Part shown: piece by piece, positions 12,671-26,487 of the stretch | How positions within the stretch are numbered: position 1 is the stretch's first letter | Layout: each line of letters opens with the position of its first letter | Assembly (NCBI GenBank): GCA_009602735.1 | Contig: WELA01001161.1 | Coordinates: forward strand, 1 to 64,000 | Direction: 5' to 3' | Source: Mesotaenium endlicherianum | Taxonomy: Eukaryota | DNA length: 64,000 bases | Notes under the pieces: model-generated | What the model was told of the DNA's origin: nothing | The model's input: the letters and a program-made list of their open reading frames with translations, nothing else | Databases searched by the model: none | Program-made: the position numbers and the translations under genes

Positions 12671-13805
12671 GGTCGATTGGGGCAGCCATCTGGATTCTGA
12701 TTCTGCGGAAGCAGAGGCGGAGATGGCGTTGGCCTTCCCTGAAGCGGAGGAGGACTCTGCTGTCGTAGTTTTGAGCAACGTCGGGGCTTCTGCGGGAGCC
12801 GGAGAACTGAGGTGTGCCTCTGCTGAGAGTGGCGGGCCGGACGAAGAAGGGGGGGGGGGCCCTGCTGGTTCGAAGAGGGGATCAAGGAGTTAGATGCCGA
12901 GATGGTTGAGGCTGACGAGAACAATCAGGACGCTTCATGAGGCGAAAAGCATGCAAGAGTCTTGCAGGCTGGTGCCCCTCGACTACAGGGAACGTTTTGT
13001 GAGGCTGAACTCGTGGATTGGTGGACCTCCACTGGAAACTCGTTGCACGACAGGAATGGCATCAGCACACATGCAGTGGTGCCTGTGAATCTGATGACAG
13101 AAAGGCTGGCAACTACACCCTGAGTAGCTGACTGAAGTTGAAGACTTGCTGTCAGGGTTGTCCATGTCAAAGAGCACGTACACAGAGCTGCTCGTGCCCC
13201 AAGTGAAAGCGAGGGAGGAGCGCACGCATGATGTAAGTTGTGACTCAGGGGTTACAAGCCGGTAGTGACCAGAGTCTGATGTACATAGTGTGCACTAGTA
13301 AGATCACAAAGGTGTCTGCACATCGCTTACATGTCTTCAGCAGGACATCACGTCGTGTTGAGGTGCTTACAACTATTGCAAGACCTCATCTTTAGCCACA
13401 AGATTGACCGTGCAAAATTGCACATGATCCTGTCCTGGCTACAAGACCAGAGGTCATCCCATCATTTCCACAGTTTCTACAACAAGTACTTTCTTATTGA
13501 CAAGTGGCACCTTGTCCTGCCACTTTTTGCAAATGTTTTGCAAGCTTATATGAAGTGGACCGATGGCAATAGTCAAACCTCAAACAAACATGCTCAAGAT
13601 AATTTCTGGCTTTCCTACCACGTCTCCTGTGTCTACAAGAATTTCATGACCTAACGCGCGCATGATAAGATGATATTAATACTAGCTGTGCAAGTCGGCC
13701 TCCACAATGATTTAAATGTATACCTGTATTTCCCTAGAGTAGGAGGGCCGTTCTAAATTGTGTTCAACAGCGCACTGCCATCAGTCCCGCTTTTGTGGTG
13801 CGGGC

Positions 13806-16800
13806 CTAATAAAGTTGCCGATGCTCAGGCCTCCCATCCTTCCCCTATTTTTTGCCCCACAGACCTGGACATGGTCGTCTCCAGCTTGCAAAAGCTGACT
13901 AGCTATATGTAATGTCTTCAAATAAGAATGAGTGGCCCAGAATCATGCCACCAATACCAACAGATGTGGAAGAATGTACAGCTACATGTGCAGCAGCGCA
14001 AAGGAATCGAATCGATCATCTCTCGTTGGCGACAGGGAGCCCAGCATCAGTTGACGGCTTCACAGGTGGAACCTCATCAACCAATGCTCGGCCCTGGCAG
14101 CAAAGTCGGTAAAAACCACAGTTGGTCAATTCACACGGGTGTAAATACACCTACTACCAAGAATCTGCAACTACTAGCAATCCAACCACACATATTATGA
14201 CGATTGAAATCATATCTGAATAAATGACAATAGTCAAACCCCCCTCACGTTCGATCTTGGATGCTCTATCCCACAAATAGACGTACGGGTGTTCAGTTTG
14301 CACACGTTATAACAAACGAGCACTCTGACGACTAGCTGTCAATATAATAGCCTCAAGAGCATACCTTTGTCTCGACAGGAAAGAAGGCAGAAGCTGCAGC
14401 AGCTAAGATGGGAACAACTGCAAAGAGCCCCACCGCCAGTGCCTGCGCAGTCCATCCGCAAAGTGTGAGAAGACCCGAGGGACAGAAACAGAGAGTGCCA
14501 GATGGCGCAACCGCAGGGATGACAAAAAGAGTCATCCTTGACAGGCCACCTGTCAGACTGCATGATATTGAGCCTTAGCCTGACCCAATGCGCCAGCTGG
14601 AGAAGCATCCCAACCAAATCTCGAGCGCACAAACAAATTAGGACACACCCGAGCGGGCCCTTGATCCTGCGGCATCTTGCTCTTCCGCAAGAATATTCGT
14701 GAGTAAGCCAGATCAGTCTAATCTGACGTGTCGGGCCGAATTGACGTCCACATACATGCATCGACATTACTAGAATATTCTATCTTAGACGCGCTAGGCT
14801 AAACCGAAACTTCTAGGTAAATCGACCTAGTCGCGGCGCATACAGCGACTGACGATCTGACTAGCCATGATAGTGCTCCCCAGGATACATACACCATTGC
14901 ACACCGCGCTCGGTGCCTCACACCAACAAGAGTGCCTCTGATTTCCCTGCACCTGTTTGCCGGCAACGGCTTGGGCATTCTGGGCGCCGGCGGTGCTAGC
15001 CAGTACGACACCGGGAGGCCAACAGAAAACGATGGAACAGAAAAGAAGACAAAAGAAGAAGAAAGCGGAAGGATCGCGGCAACAGGCGCGACACAAGACT
15101 CACGCGGCGACAGCTGGCGACGAGGTCCACGGCGACGTAGGGGCACAGGAAGCCCCCCAGGCGGCTGAAGGCGTTGGCCACGCCCACGCCCGTCGCGCGC
15201 ACGTCCGTGGAGTAGAGCTCGGGCGCGTACGCCCACAGCACCGAGAAGGCGCCCATGATGCACGCGCGCGCGCCGAACATGAGCGCCGTCGTCAGGAGAG
15301 CCGCCTGCGGCGCCAGCAGCGGCGCCAGGAGCACGCCCGCCGCGAGCAGCAGGCTGCCCAGCGCGCCCTTGCGGCCGAAGCGGTCGACGATGAGGAGCGC
15401 GGAGACGAGGCCCGGGAGCTCCGCGCACGACGTGATGAGCACGTTGCGGTAGCTGGCCGCGGCAATGCGGGGGCGGCCCTCCGGCGTGCACTCGCTGCTA
15501 CTGGCGGTGGCGCTGGCTTCGGCGACGGCGGCGGTGGCTGCGTTGGTGGCGGCGGCGTCCTCCAGCAAAGACCTGCTGGGGATTCTCCTGGGCAGCTCTG
15601 AGCTGAGCCTTGGGCTGAGCTGCGGCTCCTCTGCTACAGCACCGGGGTCACTGTCGCTCAAGACTTGCATTCTTCCGCTACTGTGCGAGCGTGGGCCCCA
15701 GTTTGGGGTTGTGGGCGTGCGCATGGCGGAGCCCCGCACAAAGTCCCAAAGGCCATGTACTGCTCCCCCTGCTACTGCCCGCATATCATGCAGCGATCGG
15801 AGTCTACCTCTGCGTATGCTGCCGTACTTGCCCAAGCCTGTGTCAACCTGGGCCCGAGCCTGAGCCCAAGCCTGAGCTTGGGCCGCATCCCTGCCGTGGA
15901 CTCCCAGCTCATGCATTCCAGGAGTATGCCGCAGCTCCCTTGGGAAGCTACTGCCCTTCCCGTGAGTGCTGGGCGAGCTCCGCAGACTGTGAGAGGAATG
16001 CCAGGCCGTCGAAAGCCTCTCCCAGAGGTCTTCGTCCGCAGCAGAGGCCGTCAGCTTCCTGCCAGGTGTCCCTGTGGCGGTGCCGTTGCCGCTCGCGCTG
16101 CTGCAGTGGCCAGATCCGGAAGACCCCGCGACAGTGAGCTCGGTGGTGAGGAGCACCTGGCCGTAGTAGGTGAAGGCACAGGCAAAGAACACGCCCCACA
16201 GGAGCAGCGTGGAGCGTCGCAGGGAGCTGCCGAGAAGCTTCCGCAGCTTCCGCTTCACCGCGCCCCCCGCCGCCCGCGCCCTCCAGGCGGCCGTCGGTCG
16301 CGCGCCGGAGGGCCCCCGCTTGTTGGCAGCACCTGCAGATTGGGGGAGGGGAGAGAGAAATTATGAGTAGAGGACCTCACGCTCTCAAAGTAGCCAAAAA
16401 AAGGCTGCAGTTACTCGGCAGTTCGTGTTTGATTCTCTTGTCTCTGACAACCGCGCTCCTCCTCCAGCACATGTGAGTGCAATGAGAGAGGAAGCAGGAA
16501 AAGCTGCCCCCTCCGCTGCTCTGGCACGCATTGCTGCCAAGCAGGGCGGAAAAGAGGGCACAGAGTCGGCTCCTACTTTGGCATGCAAGTTGCTCCCAGT
16601 GACTCCCAGTGACATTCTGTCCCCTACCTTGAACAGGGATCCAGCCCCCTGGAACAGCACTCTCGGACTCCATGGAAATGCCGAGTGTAGAAAAGCTGCC
16701 AGCAGGAGAGGTCATGACTAGGAGACTACAAGCGTGCGAGCACTACAAGCAATCACGCTCGGACAGTCCGACAGTTCGAGAGTAGACCCGTCAGCCGCCT

Positions 16801-19800
16801 GCAAGAGGAGTCCTCTTGTGGCACTGATTGACCTCACCCACAAACAGCCACAGCTGGCGGCTCAACACAGGCCAGATCAATTGTTGGCATGAGTCTCCAG
16901 ATGCCTGCAGCCAGGTGGCGGAGCGCCGAGCCGAGGAAGCAGAACAGGGGAGCACGCAAGCACACGCCGGCGGCAGCCGGTTCGGACTCTCACAGGGGGT
17001 GCTGCTCGACTGGGAGAGGACGCCAGGTGGCAGCGCCGTGCCGTTGAGACGCGCCACTCGCTTGAGCACGCCCATGGCCCCCTCCACGTCCCCCTTCACC
17101 TGCCGCAGCGCAAGAGAGGGAGAGGGGGAGAGAAAGGCAGGACAAGAGAGAGCACGCCACAAAGCACCGGCACAGGCCTCCCTCAGATCATACGCACCCT
17201 CCCCCAGCTCGAGAGCACGCCTCGAGCGAGCCCCTGCTACTCTTGAACGTACTGCCATGATGAAAGCTTTCACCGGGCTTTCCACCGTGGGTACATACAT
17301 TCTTCCAGCTGGACTGGACAGGTGCCAGGAGGGGGGCTTCTTCTGCCGAGCAGTGGGCAGCCAGCAGCTCGCAGGTTGTTCAGGGGGCCCGACGGCAGGA
17401 GCAGGGGACAGCCACGGAAATGCATCGCAAAACTCGGTGCACAAAGCAACCTGAGCAGCAGCTGTTGGCGGGTCCAGCACTGCTCCCACATATATCGTCC
17501 GCCGCTAATAACTACCTCCGGTGCCAGGTCTCCATCACACTGCCGAGCCGAGCTACCGACGACGCGGAGCAGCAGCAGCGTCACCCCAGGCTTCAATCTG
17601 GTAGCATAGACCTTTGCGGGTAGGAAAGCATCACCGTGTTACTGCGTATTGCAACATGAACCATCCTGTCTCTGCAACGTTATTGGTCCTGCCAAAACCC
17701 CACATGCATAGTCCACGGCCAAGCAAGCCACGCCAGACTCTGAAGAAGGATCCACGCAGCAGGAGCAGCCCACAGGTGCACGGCACCGGGCCTCAGCCGC
17801 AGCAGAGCTGGCGCACACGCACCAGCAAGAAGCGGGGGGACTCCGGGAGCAGGGGGTAGCAGGCCAGGAGGACCGCGAAGGGGGCGCTGGAGAACAGGAT
17901 GAGCAGCCTGCAGGCACACACGGCAGCTGGGAGCAGAGCTCCCCGAAGCTCCATCAGTTGGCTGCCCTCTCTCGGCTCTCTGTGAGGCCCTGGGGGGGCG
18001 CCGGAGTCGCAAGCGCAAGCACGAGCCCAGCTGCTCGAGCGAGAGTGGGGCCAGGGGCAGGGATGGGGTGGCTCCTTTGAGCACGCCCGCCCTGGGTCAC
18101 TTAAGTGTGGAGTGAGCGGGAGCGGAGAGAGGAGGCAAGGCTGCCAGCTGCAGGCCAGGCAATGCACCAGATGTCGCCCGGAGTTTGTGTGGGGCCCCAG
18201 AGATAGAGACGAAGACGGAGACCGAGACCGGAGACGGAGACGGACTAGCTCGTTGTTGCTTACTACTGATGGAGGAGACACATACTCCTGCTGCAAGCAT
18301 GCACACGTGCGCTGCAAGTATGCCTCGCAGAGGATGTCTAAGTTCCACACAAGAGGGAAGGCACACTCATGCTCCTGCAAGCGCGCACCCATGCATGCAC
18401 CGTGCCGGCTGTCGGGACGTCTGCTGGCCAGCACGGCACATGCATGCTCTGCTCCCACTATAACACAGGTCCAGCCGCAGCCAGCCAGCCAGGCGTGCGT
18501 GCGTGCGTGCGTACGTCAGGGGAAGGACAGGGGGGGCCTGGATGTAACCCTGCAGCAGTCGAAGATGCATACAGCAGGATGAACGCTGAAACACGTGCAA
18601 TGAAGGTGTTCTTCAAGAAGAAGGTCGGGATGCGGAGGGGGGGGGGAGANNNNNNNNNNNNNNNNNNNNNNNNNNNNNNNNNNGGGGGGCGCTGCGCGGG
18701 GGGGGGGGACGGGGGGTCACCTCCAGCTCATGTTGGGCATGATGGCCCACGCCATCAAAGCCTCCGCGATGGACCCTACCTGCACCCCGACACCACACAT
18801 GACTGATGTAATCTGCACAAGTGCGTGGGCTCCCCCTTGCGGCCACGAGGGGGATGACAACACGAAGCGAGATTCTGCTGTACCAGCGGCGTCGACAGTC
18901 GCGAGGCAACAGCTGAAGTGCTGCAAGCAGCAGCAGCGCAGCCGCAGCAGCAGCTGCAGAGCCCAGCCGACCAGAAGTGGCACTAGCAATGGGCCCAGGC
19001 TGACCCAAAACAAGGAGGCCCAAGCATGCCTGCACTCCTTGGAGCTTCTGGTGCAGCAAATGTCCAGTTCTGGGCTCCTACAACTGGCACCCTCGATCAG
19101 AAGTGATTATAAGGGTGGCAAGCGTGTGTCCCGCGCTCTGCATGCAACACAGTGTCAACCTCACAAGCCAGCCACACAGATCTGTATGCCTGGCAATGCA
19201 CGCGTGAGCTCCCAGCCCCCTTACTACTATTGCAACACACCGCCACGTGCTTTCCTGAGGAGACAGGGCCAAAGGGCAACGAGGATGGGCTTTCCCATGT
19301 TGCCAGACACGACACAACGAGGAAGAGGGCATGCTGCTGCTGCTGTCAAAGTTGGTTGACTCACTTCCGCACACATTGTGCTTTGCTCCACCTCACTGAG
19401 GGCAGCCAAAATGGCGAACATGCAAGACACTCAACATGCAGGAAGCACTTCTCAGCACCCTTTGAGGGTCAGGGGGGGAGGAGGAGGGCNGGAACTCGGA
19501 GCACAGCGAGAAGATGACGGACGCGCCGCCCAGACCGAAGCCCACCATGGTGCGGCACAGCACCAGCATCCAGTACGTCGGCGACCACGCGCTGCGCAGC
19601 CGCCACGTGTCACACGGCCACAGCCATGGGGCCTCGGCACGCTTACATGTCAGAAGCCAACGCCGACAAGACAGCCAGTTGTAGCGTCTGTGCGGAGAGC
19701 GACAGGCGGGAGGAGGGGCCACGCGGAGCTTCCCCCCTTCCCACGCGCATGCTTGTCTCGCATTAGGTGGATACATATGCCAACAGCATGCACAACTTCT

Positions 19801-22800
19801 TGGTAGCAGGCTCACTTCAACAACATATTTCTTGTACGCATGCAATAGGTCATGGGGAAAGAACATGCAGTGCTTTTTCAGAACGGATCGCCTCAGCGGT
19901 AATAAATCTGCACCGTACCACCTGGTGCCCAATTTCCTCCCCGCTCTGCTCTTCCCCTCCACACTCAAACAGCTCAATATTTTGCGAGGGTCCGCGCTCT
20001 CTGCTCTCACGAACCGACAAGCAGGCATGCCTCGCAGATCAAACAAACACAAAACCACTGAAGAAGCCTTCCCCGCAGGCAGCTGTGGCTGGCCACCTTG
20101 CTCCCCTCCCGTCCCCTCCTTCTCAGCAGCAGACGGCCATGGCCGCCCGCTCTCACGGGCTGCCCCCCCCACGCCTTCCTCCTCACATGCAGCTATCTTG
20201 CGACAGAGAGCGCCCACGCCCACGGCCTCGTTCCGAGCAACCGCGCCACGGCACACATACTTTCCCATGGCCATCCTCCCACCGCGGCGCAATTGAGAAA
20301 GGCAAAAACCGGGCGCCCTCCACCTTTTTTCAACTCCCCACTACGGCCTCCCCCCCCCACCNNNNNNNNNNNNNNNNNNNNNNNNNNNNNNNNNNNNNNN
20401 NNNNNNNNNNNNNNNNNNNNNNNNNNNNNNNNNNNNNNNNNNNNNNNNNNNNNNNNNNNNNNNNNNNNNNNNNNNNNNNNNNNNNNNNNNNNNNNNNNNN
20501 NNNNNNNNNNNNNNNNNNNNNNNNNNNNNNNNNNNNNNNNNNNNNNNNNNNNNNNNNNNNNNNNNNNNNNNNNNNNNNNNNNNNNNNNNNNNNNNNNNNN
20601 NNNNNNNNNNNNNNNNNNNNNNNNNNNNNNNNNNNNNNNNNNNNNNNNNNNNNNNNNNNNNNNNNNNNNNNNNNNNNNNNNNNNNNNNNNNNCCCCCCCT
20701 TCTTCAGGTGGTGGGTACACCAATACACACCCCCCCTCCGAAAGTGCTCCAGAGTACCAAAGCCATACTACAGAGTAAGGTAAGGCGGACACGCGCCTCT
20801 CACAGACGCTACGTGAGGGGCGCCTCACTGAGGTGTCGGCCACCCACTCTACCCAAGTGAGACACTCCTTTCTTCCTCACATGTGCCAGAAACGAATCAA
20901 ATCACGAATCTAGCTCGTGCCATACGGAACGCGTGCAGACAGGTGTGCAGAGAGCCAGAGAAGGGTTCCGGGTGAAGCTGGCACGACACATGTTGGCCGC
21001 GTGTGCAGGCTGCGAGAGAGAGCGGGGGCGCACCTGAGCGCGCCGAAGAAGAGCGTCAGGACAGCTGTCGCGAAGAAGCCCGGCCGCCGGCCCTTGATGT
21101 CCGACAGAGTGCCCCAGCAGTAGGACCCCCTGCCTCACACGTCATCCCATGAAATTGGACGCCACCGAGCATCGCATCGTCAGCCAGTCAATCGGCCGAG
21201 AATCTACCTCCGAAGTTTGATGCAGAGTGAGATTTATCAGATGGGACTTTGACTACATAAGGTTCTTAGGGTTGAGGTTTCTTAAACCTGTAGAGTAGCT
21301 GTCGGGCAAGGTCGCCGCCTACGCGCGTATGGAGTGAGAGAGAGTGCGAGATGACTAAGCATGTCCCTGAGCCACGTCAGCGCGACAGGCCGGTACGGGT
21401 ACAGTTGACTACCATTTGACTGCAACAGCAGTCAAAGTTCCGTACATTTCCCGGGAGGTGTGTAAGGTGCCCCTCATGTTGACAATTTTTGCGCCTCTTT
21501 CAGGAGTACCTCTAAGTACCTTGAAGTGATTGTAGTACTTGAAAAGAGCGCGTTGTTTGAAAGATAGTCAACTCAAAAAATAGGCATGTGTACAGGCCAG
21601 CGCCTCTCAAAGGTGGAGTTTGCCAAACTTTCAGCCCTCTACTACCATCATCCAAACACTCTCATTGGCATGGTGATTGCTCTTTGCAGCTCTATCGTGA
21701 GCAGCCATGGAGAGGCTTTGCCTCGCCTGAAGCCGCAGAAGAGCTCAAAGGGGTTATTGGAGAGGACACTCTGTGTCGAAGCGGCGACTTGTTAAGAAAA
21801 GGAGGGCGTGGGCAGCCATGGCTGGCATCCATGGCTGCCTGTTGCTGGGAGACTATATGAGATTGTAGGGGGGTGTCGGGCAGGGAGAGAGCGTCTGTTT
21901 GAGCAAGAAGAGACGGCCAGCTATGGCCGGCAGTGGCCGCAGCACCTTTCTACGAAGGCACAAGAGGGGTTTGAGGAGGGTTTTGTCGCTGAAATGAAAC
22001 TGGAGGACACGCTTGGAAGCCCGTCGTTAGAAAGTAAAATGTGCGGATTTCCTACGCATGTATACAAGGCTACGACACCAAGGACCAGCTTCAGTTATGT
22101 AGGGTGGTTTCGACACCTTCCTGTGAGAGACGAGCATGCAATTTTCTAGAGAAGGCACGTATGTGATGCGAGAAAGTGATGAGAGCAGCAAGCAAGGCCT
22201 CCACAAAAGAAAAGAGCAAGGCGACAACTGATGAGTGTTTACAGTGAGGGAGTTTGTTGACCCTCGCGCTGACTCAGGTGTGGCCTTAGATGAGAACACA
22301 CGCTGGACGGACCCCATCGACGACAACAACTACGACAGGGCATTGGAATGAAACTGGAAGATGGCGCAACTGCAGGCGCTGGCATGGCGCGAGGGGGAAA
22401 GAGGAACGTACAAGAAGATGCCGAGGAAGACTGCGCTGGAGAGGAAGCTCTGCTGCTGAGCTGTCAGGCCCCACTCACACATGGCCTGCTCACATTCAAG
22501 AGGTGCATGTTTATCACTACGTTGCACTATCAAAAATTCCTCTCGTCTTTTATTAGGGAGTGTGTGCTGTGGCTCGCGAGGCAGAGGGTCAGTCTAAGTG
22601 GAGCATATGGGGCTGCATGAAGGGGCGTATGCCAGGGATATATTCAGCTCAGGAATATATATATATGCATCGTATAATGAAATATTTGCTGAAGCTGACA
22701 GAGGGCACCACCATCTCCACCCCATCGCAAGACCATTCTTAGCCATGGAGGGAAAAGTGCAAGCTATGCAGCAAACAGTTTAGTTGTCAGCCTGCTGTTG

Positions 22801-24472
22801 ATTCCCTGACACTCCCCTTCTGCGATGGGTGTCTCATGACTGCTGGACATCATTTTGAGATACATATATAATCCCGCAAAAGAAAAAAACAAAGGAGCTG
22901 CGCCAACGTAATGACGCCAGTCACCCGTGCTCTCGGTGCATCTGCCTACACAGCAATCTGTGGTGCACCAAACATGACAACAAACAACAAGACAACTTCC
23001 ACTCGGCCTTGTGGAGCTGGGAAGACATCGGACCAGCTCTAGCAGCAAGAAGACCAGCCCCAAGAACTCAAAGATCGTGCAATGGCACATACCATCACAC
23101 GCTCAAAGTCGATACATACAGTGCGTGCAAATTGCCGTGCTCATGAAGGAGATTCGACGACATACCGCTGGTCCGATGTAAGACAGGAGAATCATCTCCA
23201 TGGCGTCCGCCAGGAACGACATGCCCGTGTAGATCACAAGGCCCGCTTGAAATCGCCCAAAGCCTGCGGGTGCGGAGATGGGGGGGATGTGCCAAGCCTT
23301 CATTTAGACTTGAAGGTAGGACCAGCTTCACTGCCCTGACGACTCTTGGGAAACGTTGAGACAAAGAAATGAATAATCATTCAGAAATCACAGAGGCTAC
23401 GCCTATCCTGAGGCCAACTGACTGTTGTTTTCCTGTCCATGGGGACTGACCACCGGGAGTACAGCAGCCTGCTGCGGAGAAAGGAAGCGGCAGACACTAA
23501 ATTTGCAGGTCCGCCAGCTTCTACACAAGTGTAATTATCCTCCACTTCACAAGAATAGTCATTCTCCGGAAGCCAGAGACCTTCACCATACCGCGCTCAC
23601 TTGGTCCGTGAAGGTGTAACGAAAGGACAACAAGACATGCCCCTGCTATGATTGGATGCAAAGAGGGGACTCTTGCATTGTTTCCAAACTAAACACAGAG
23701 CAGTCTCTTCTTTTTTGCGAGGTAGTCATTATCAGTGCCAGCTGTTTCAGAGTGTGCTCCTGGACAACGTGTACGAGCTGACTGGTGCTGACTGGTGCTG
23801 ACTTAGCTCCTCGTCAAGAGTTGCAGTAGACCTGCACGTCAATGACAACTGTTTGCGCGTGTCCTTTCCTGTCCTTATGGTAATGTTTTTTTACTTGCAT
23901 GCACACGGGGGGTTGAGATCCCGCCTGCATTGACACTTACCAATCGCATCAATTGCTTCCTCGATTGTATAGTGCCCCTCAACAACATCGCCCCTCCACT
24001 CTGGTCCGCTACTCTGGGACTTGCCGTCATCCTGACAGATAATGACCAAAGAATCATGTGCAATATATGGCTCACAGGTCAGCGCCTCGAAACGGCCTAC
24101 CATAAAAGGTGCCAGATGTAGATGCATGCGTGAAGTGGTCTAAACAATCATGCTGCGGGTGCATAGAACTATAGGTCAGTGACAAGAAAATTGCCTACCA
24201 TATCAGGTGTTAGATGCAGATGCATGTAACAGGATGTAAAGGTGCTGCTCAACTTTATTACAGCAGGTAACAAGAGCTCGCCTATCAGCAACAGAAAGAA
24301 GTAGGCAAAGTTCAAGGGTTGCTGCCGATTGCAATACTGAGGATGAGTTAGATACATGAGACTTTCAGTAATAATTTATCAATTATACCTCCGTTGGAAG
24401 GAGATAGACCAGTGACTCCTCCTCAGGGCGAAGAAAAACTTCGCCTGTCTTTCGCGTCATCTCTATGGCCAT
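13806..24472 (-). CDS. MFS transporter, SVOP / organic cation-carnitine transporter 7-like (multi-exon)
   Basis: Exons include 23941-24031 (YTIEEAIDAI), 23166-23263 (GFGRFQ...ADAMEMILLSYIGP), 22412-22485, 21034-21129 (WGTLSDIKGRR), 19491-19591, 18721-18779, 17823-17907 (PESPRFL), 16994-17099, 15104-16332 (DRFGRK, PELYSTDVRATG) and 14365-14442 (PVETK). First (24389-24472) and last exons are tentative; N gaps hide part of the gene. Confidence 0.88.
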
Positions 24473-26487
24473 GAATCATAGGCGACTGCTATCGTCGCAT
24501 AAAAATTCCATCAAAATACCACTGTTATTGGTCTCAATGATTGTTGGATTGCTGATGCAGCACCCTCTGACCCGTCGAATTCCTAAAGTAGTAGTAAAAT
24601 AATCTCTCTCCGCTTTGTTGCAGTGCCTCGACTAAATCGCCACTTCAGGCAGCATGAGTCATTGTATTCGAATACGACAGTTGTAATGATTACTAGGGTC
24701 TACAATACGTTATACAAGTTCATCAATCAGGTGTTCGCGCTAGCAAGAGCAATCAACAAACAGCCCGGAAACAAATCACCTCCTACAAGAATCTGGAATT
24801 AGTAATTCTGTCACACTTATCGCTTAGGTGCTACGAGAAGACGCCCGGGTCACACTCAGCTGATAAGAACTAAAGAACAAACAACCTCAGCAACCACGAC
24901 GGAATAGATGGTCGAAGCAGGACCTTCATTAAGGTCCAAGGAATATGGGTCGATCGTGAGCAGTCGTGAGAGTGTTGGTGTGGGGGGGAGTTCAAAATGG
25001 CTCTCCTTCGCTTCTGTGGCGAGGTCTGGACTATGCGCACTTGGCTTGCGCCAGGCTCACAAGATCCAATGATAGTACGTCCGTACAGAGATGGTACTTT
25101 TCCTGTCAAGCTTAAACAAGCAACACGCGTCAAAACGGGCATGTTTTTTAACTTCTCAATCACCGACATAGGATCATCGAGGTCATCCGATAATTGCTTA
25201 AAAAACATTTGAGATAAATGCTGAATTTAACCTAGAGGAGTTGGACAATCACCGTGGGCCACAATGGGCACCGGCCTTATCGGCACTCTCGAAGGTACGC
25301 AGAGCTAATGAGACTGCATGCATGCCGGGACTGATCGAGATTTGAGACCAAGGATATTCGATTGGTGCGAAGTAAATTTTGGTCGATGTAGCCGCACCAG
25401 AAACACCCCTATGTGGAGAAATATCACAAAAGTCTTCTCAATATTATCATAAGCCAATTATGGCAAAATCTTTGAAGGTTCGGCAGAAGTACGAGACGCA
25501 AATTTACTCCCATGCATGATCGAGATCCTTGTACCTGCATACAGGGTGACGACCGAATGCGAAGTTGCACTTCTAGACACTTATATACCATGTCTCCGCC
25601 AAACAGTCACACGTTAAACAAAAGTGCTGCATAGTACATCGCATGATGACAGAGAATAAGTGTTTCTATATCTCAATTCATGTGCTATTTGTCCCCACTT
25701 TGAAGTTCCGTGTATGAAATGGTGCTAACATGCAGGTGAAACATGTTGCTTGGACCAAGACTTCACACGTAACGAGTTTCTCTAATCTCTACCAATTTTC
25801 ATAAGAATAAACACGAGAGTCGTATCGCAGACGCCATTGCCAATCTTAAGTGCTACAGCTAAATACCCGACGACTAGGAACTCGTAGTGACATTCATGAT
25901 CACAGGTGAGTCTTGTTTCTTGCTAGCTAATAGAGTTCTGCTTCTTCCAATGCAAGGTTTGATCCATAGTAACTCGTATACAGATTGAAAAAACTGTGAA
26001 AGAATGCCCAAAGGAAATATCAGTACGAGGTAATGGACAAGCAGCATCAGTTCAGAGCGAAGAAAGTTGCTTATATTGGGCCATAATGGCAAGTGTGAGG
26101 TACTTGGACTATCATAATAGCTGGCTACAACTAACTCAAATATATGGGCTTTCCTTTATATAATATAGAACATGCTATTATTTCTACACTGGATTACTCA
26201 TGCTGCATAATTGAGCATCATAAGCAAGAACAGCAGCTATCTCTAATGTGCTCGGCACGTCCGTAGGATGTTTGTCAGTGGGCCTAGGGCTATTCCATAT
26301 GGAATGAGGAGCCCAAAAGAATAAGACTCAAAGCGTGGCCTTGAATCATATCATACGTTACAAGCCAATCATGAACTCATAAATGCTACAATTTTCAATA
26401 TAGAAAAAGTAATGCAAGAAGACCGCGGGTCAATTGCGCACAAACCGCCTTAGTCCACAATTGGACACCGACCATACTACAGTTCTT

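Larger units (their letters stand above)
5870..13320 (+). repeat. Diverged tandem duplication of a ~3.4-3.7 kb unit (about 5870-9220 and 9660-13320)
   Basis: Collinear similarity across the upstream region, exons, introns and 3' flank of the two F-box genes. Confidence 0.9.

Noticed and set aside
21140..22300. Possible insertion within an MFS intron
   Set aside because: The composition shifts, but no termini, TSD or recognisable coding motif were found.
24870..25320. Possible small gene or exons between the MFS and GH3 genes
   Set aside because: Short ORFs with no recognisable motif and no consistent splice model.
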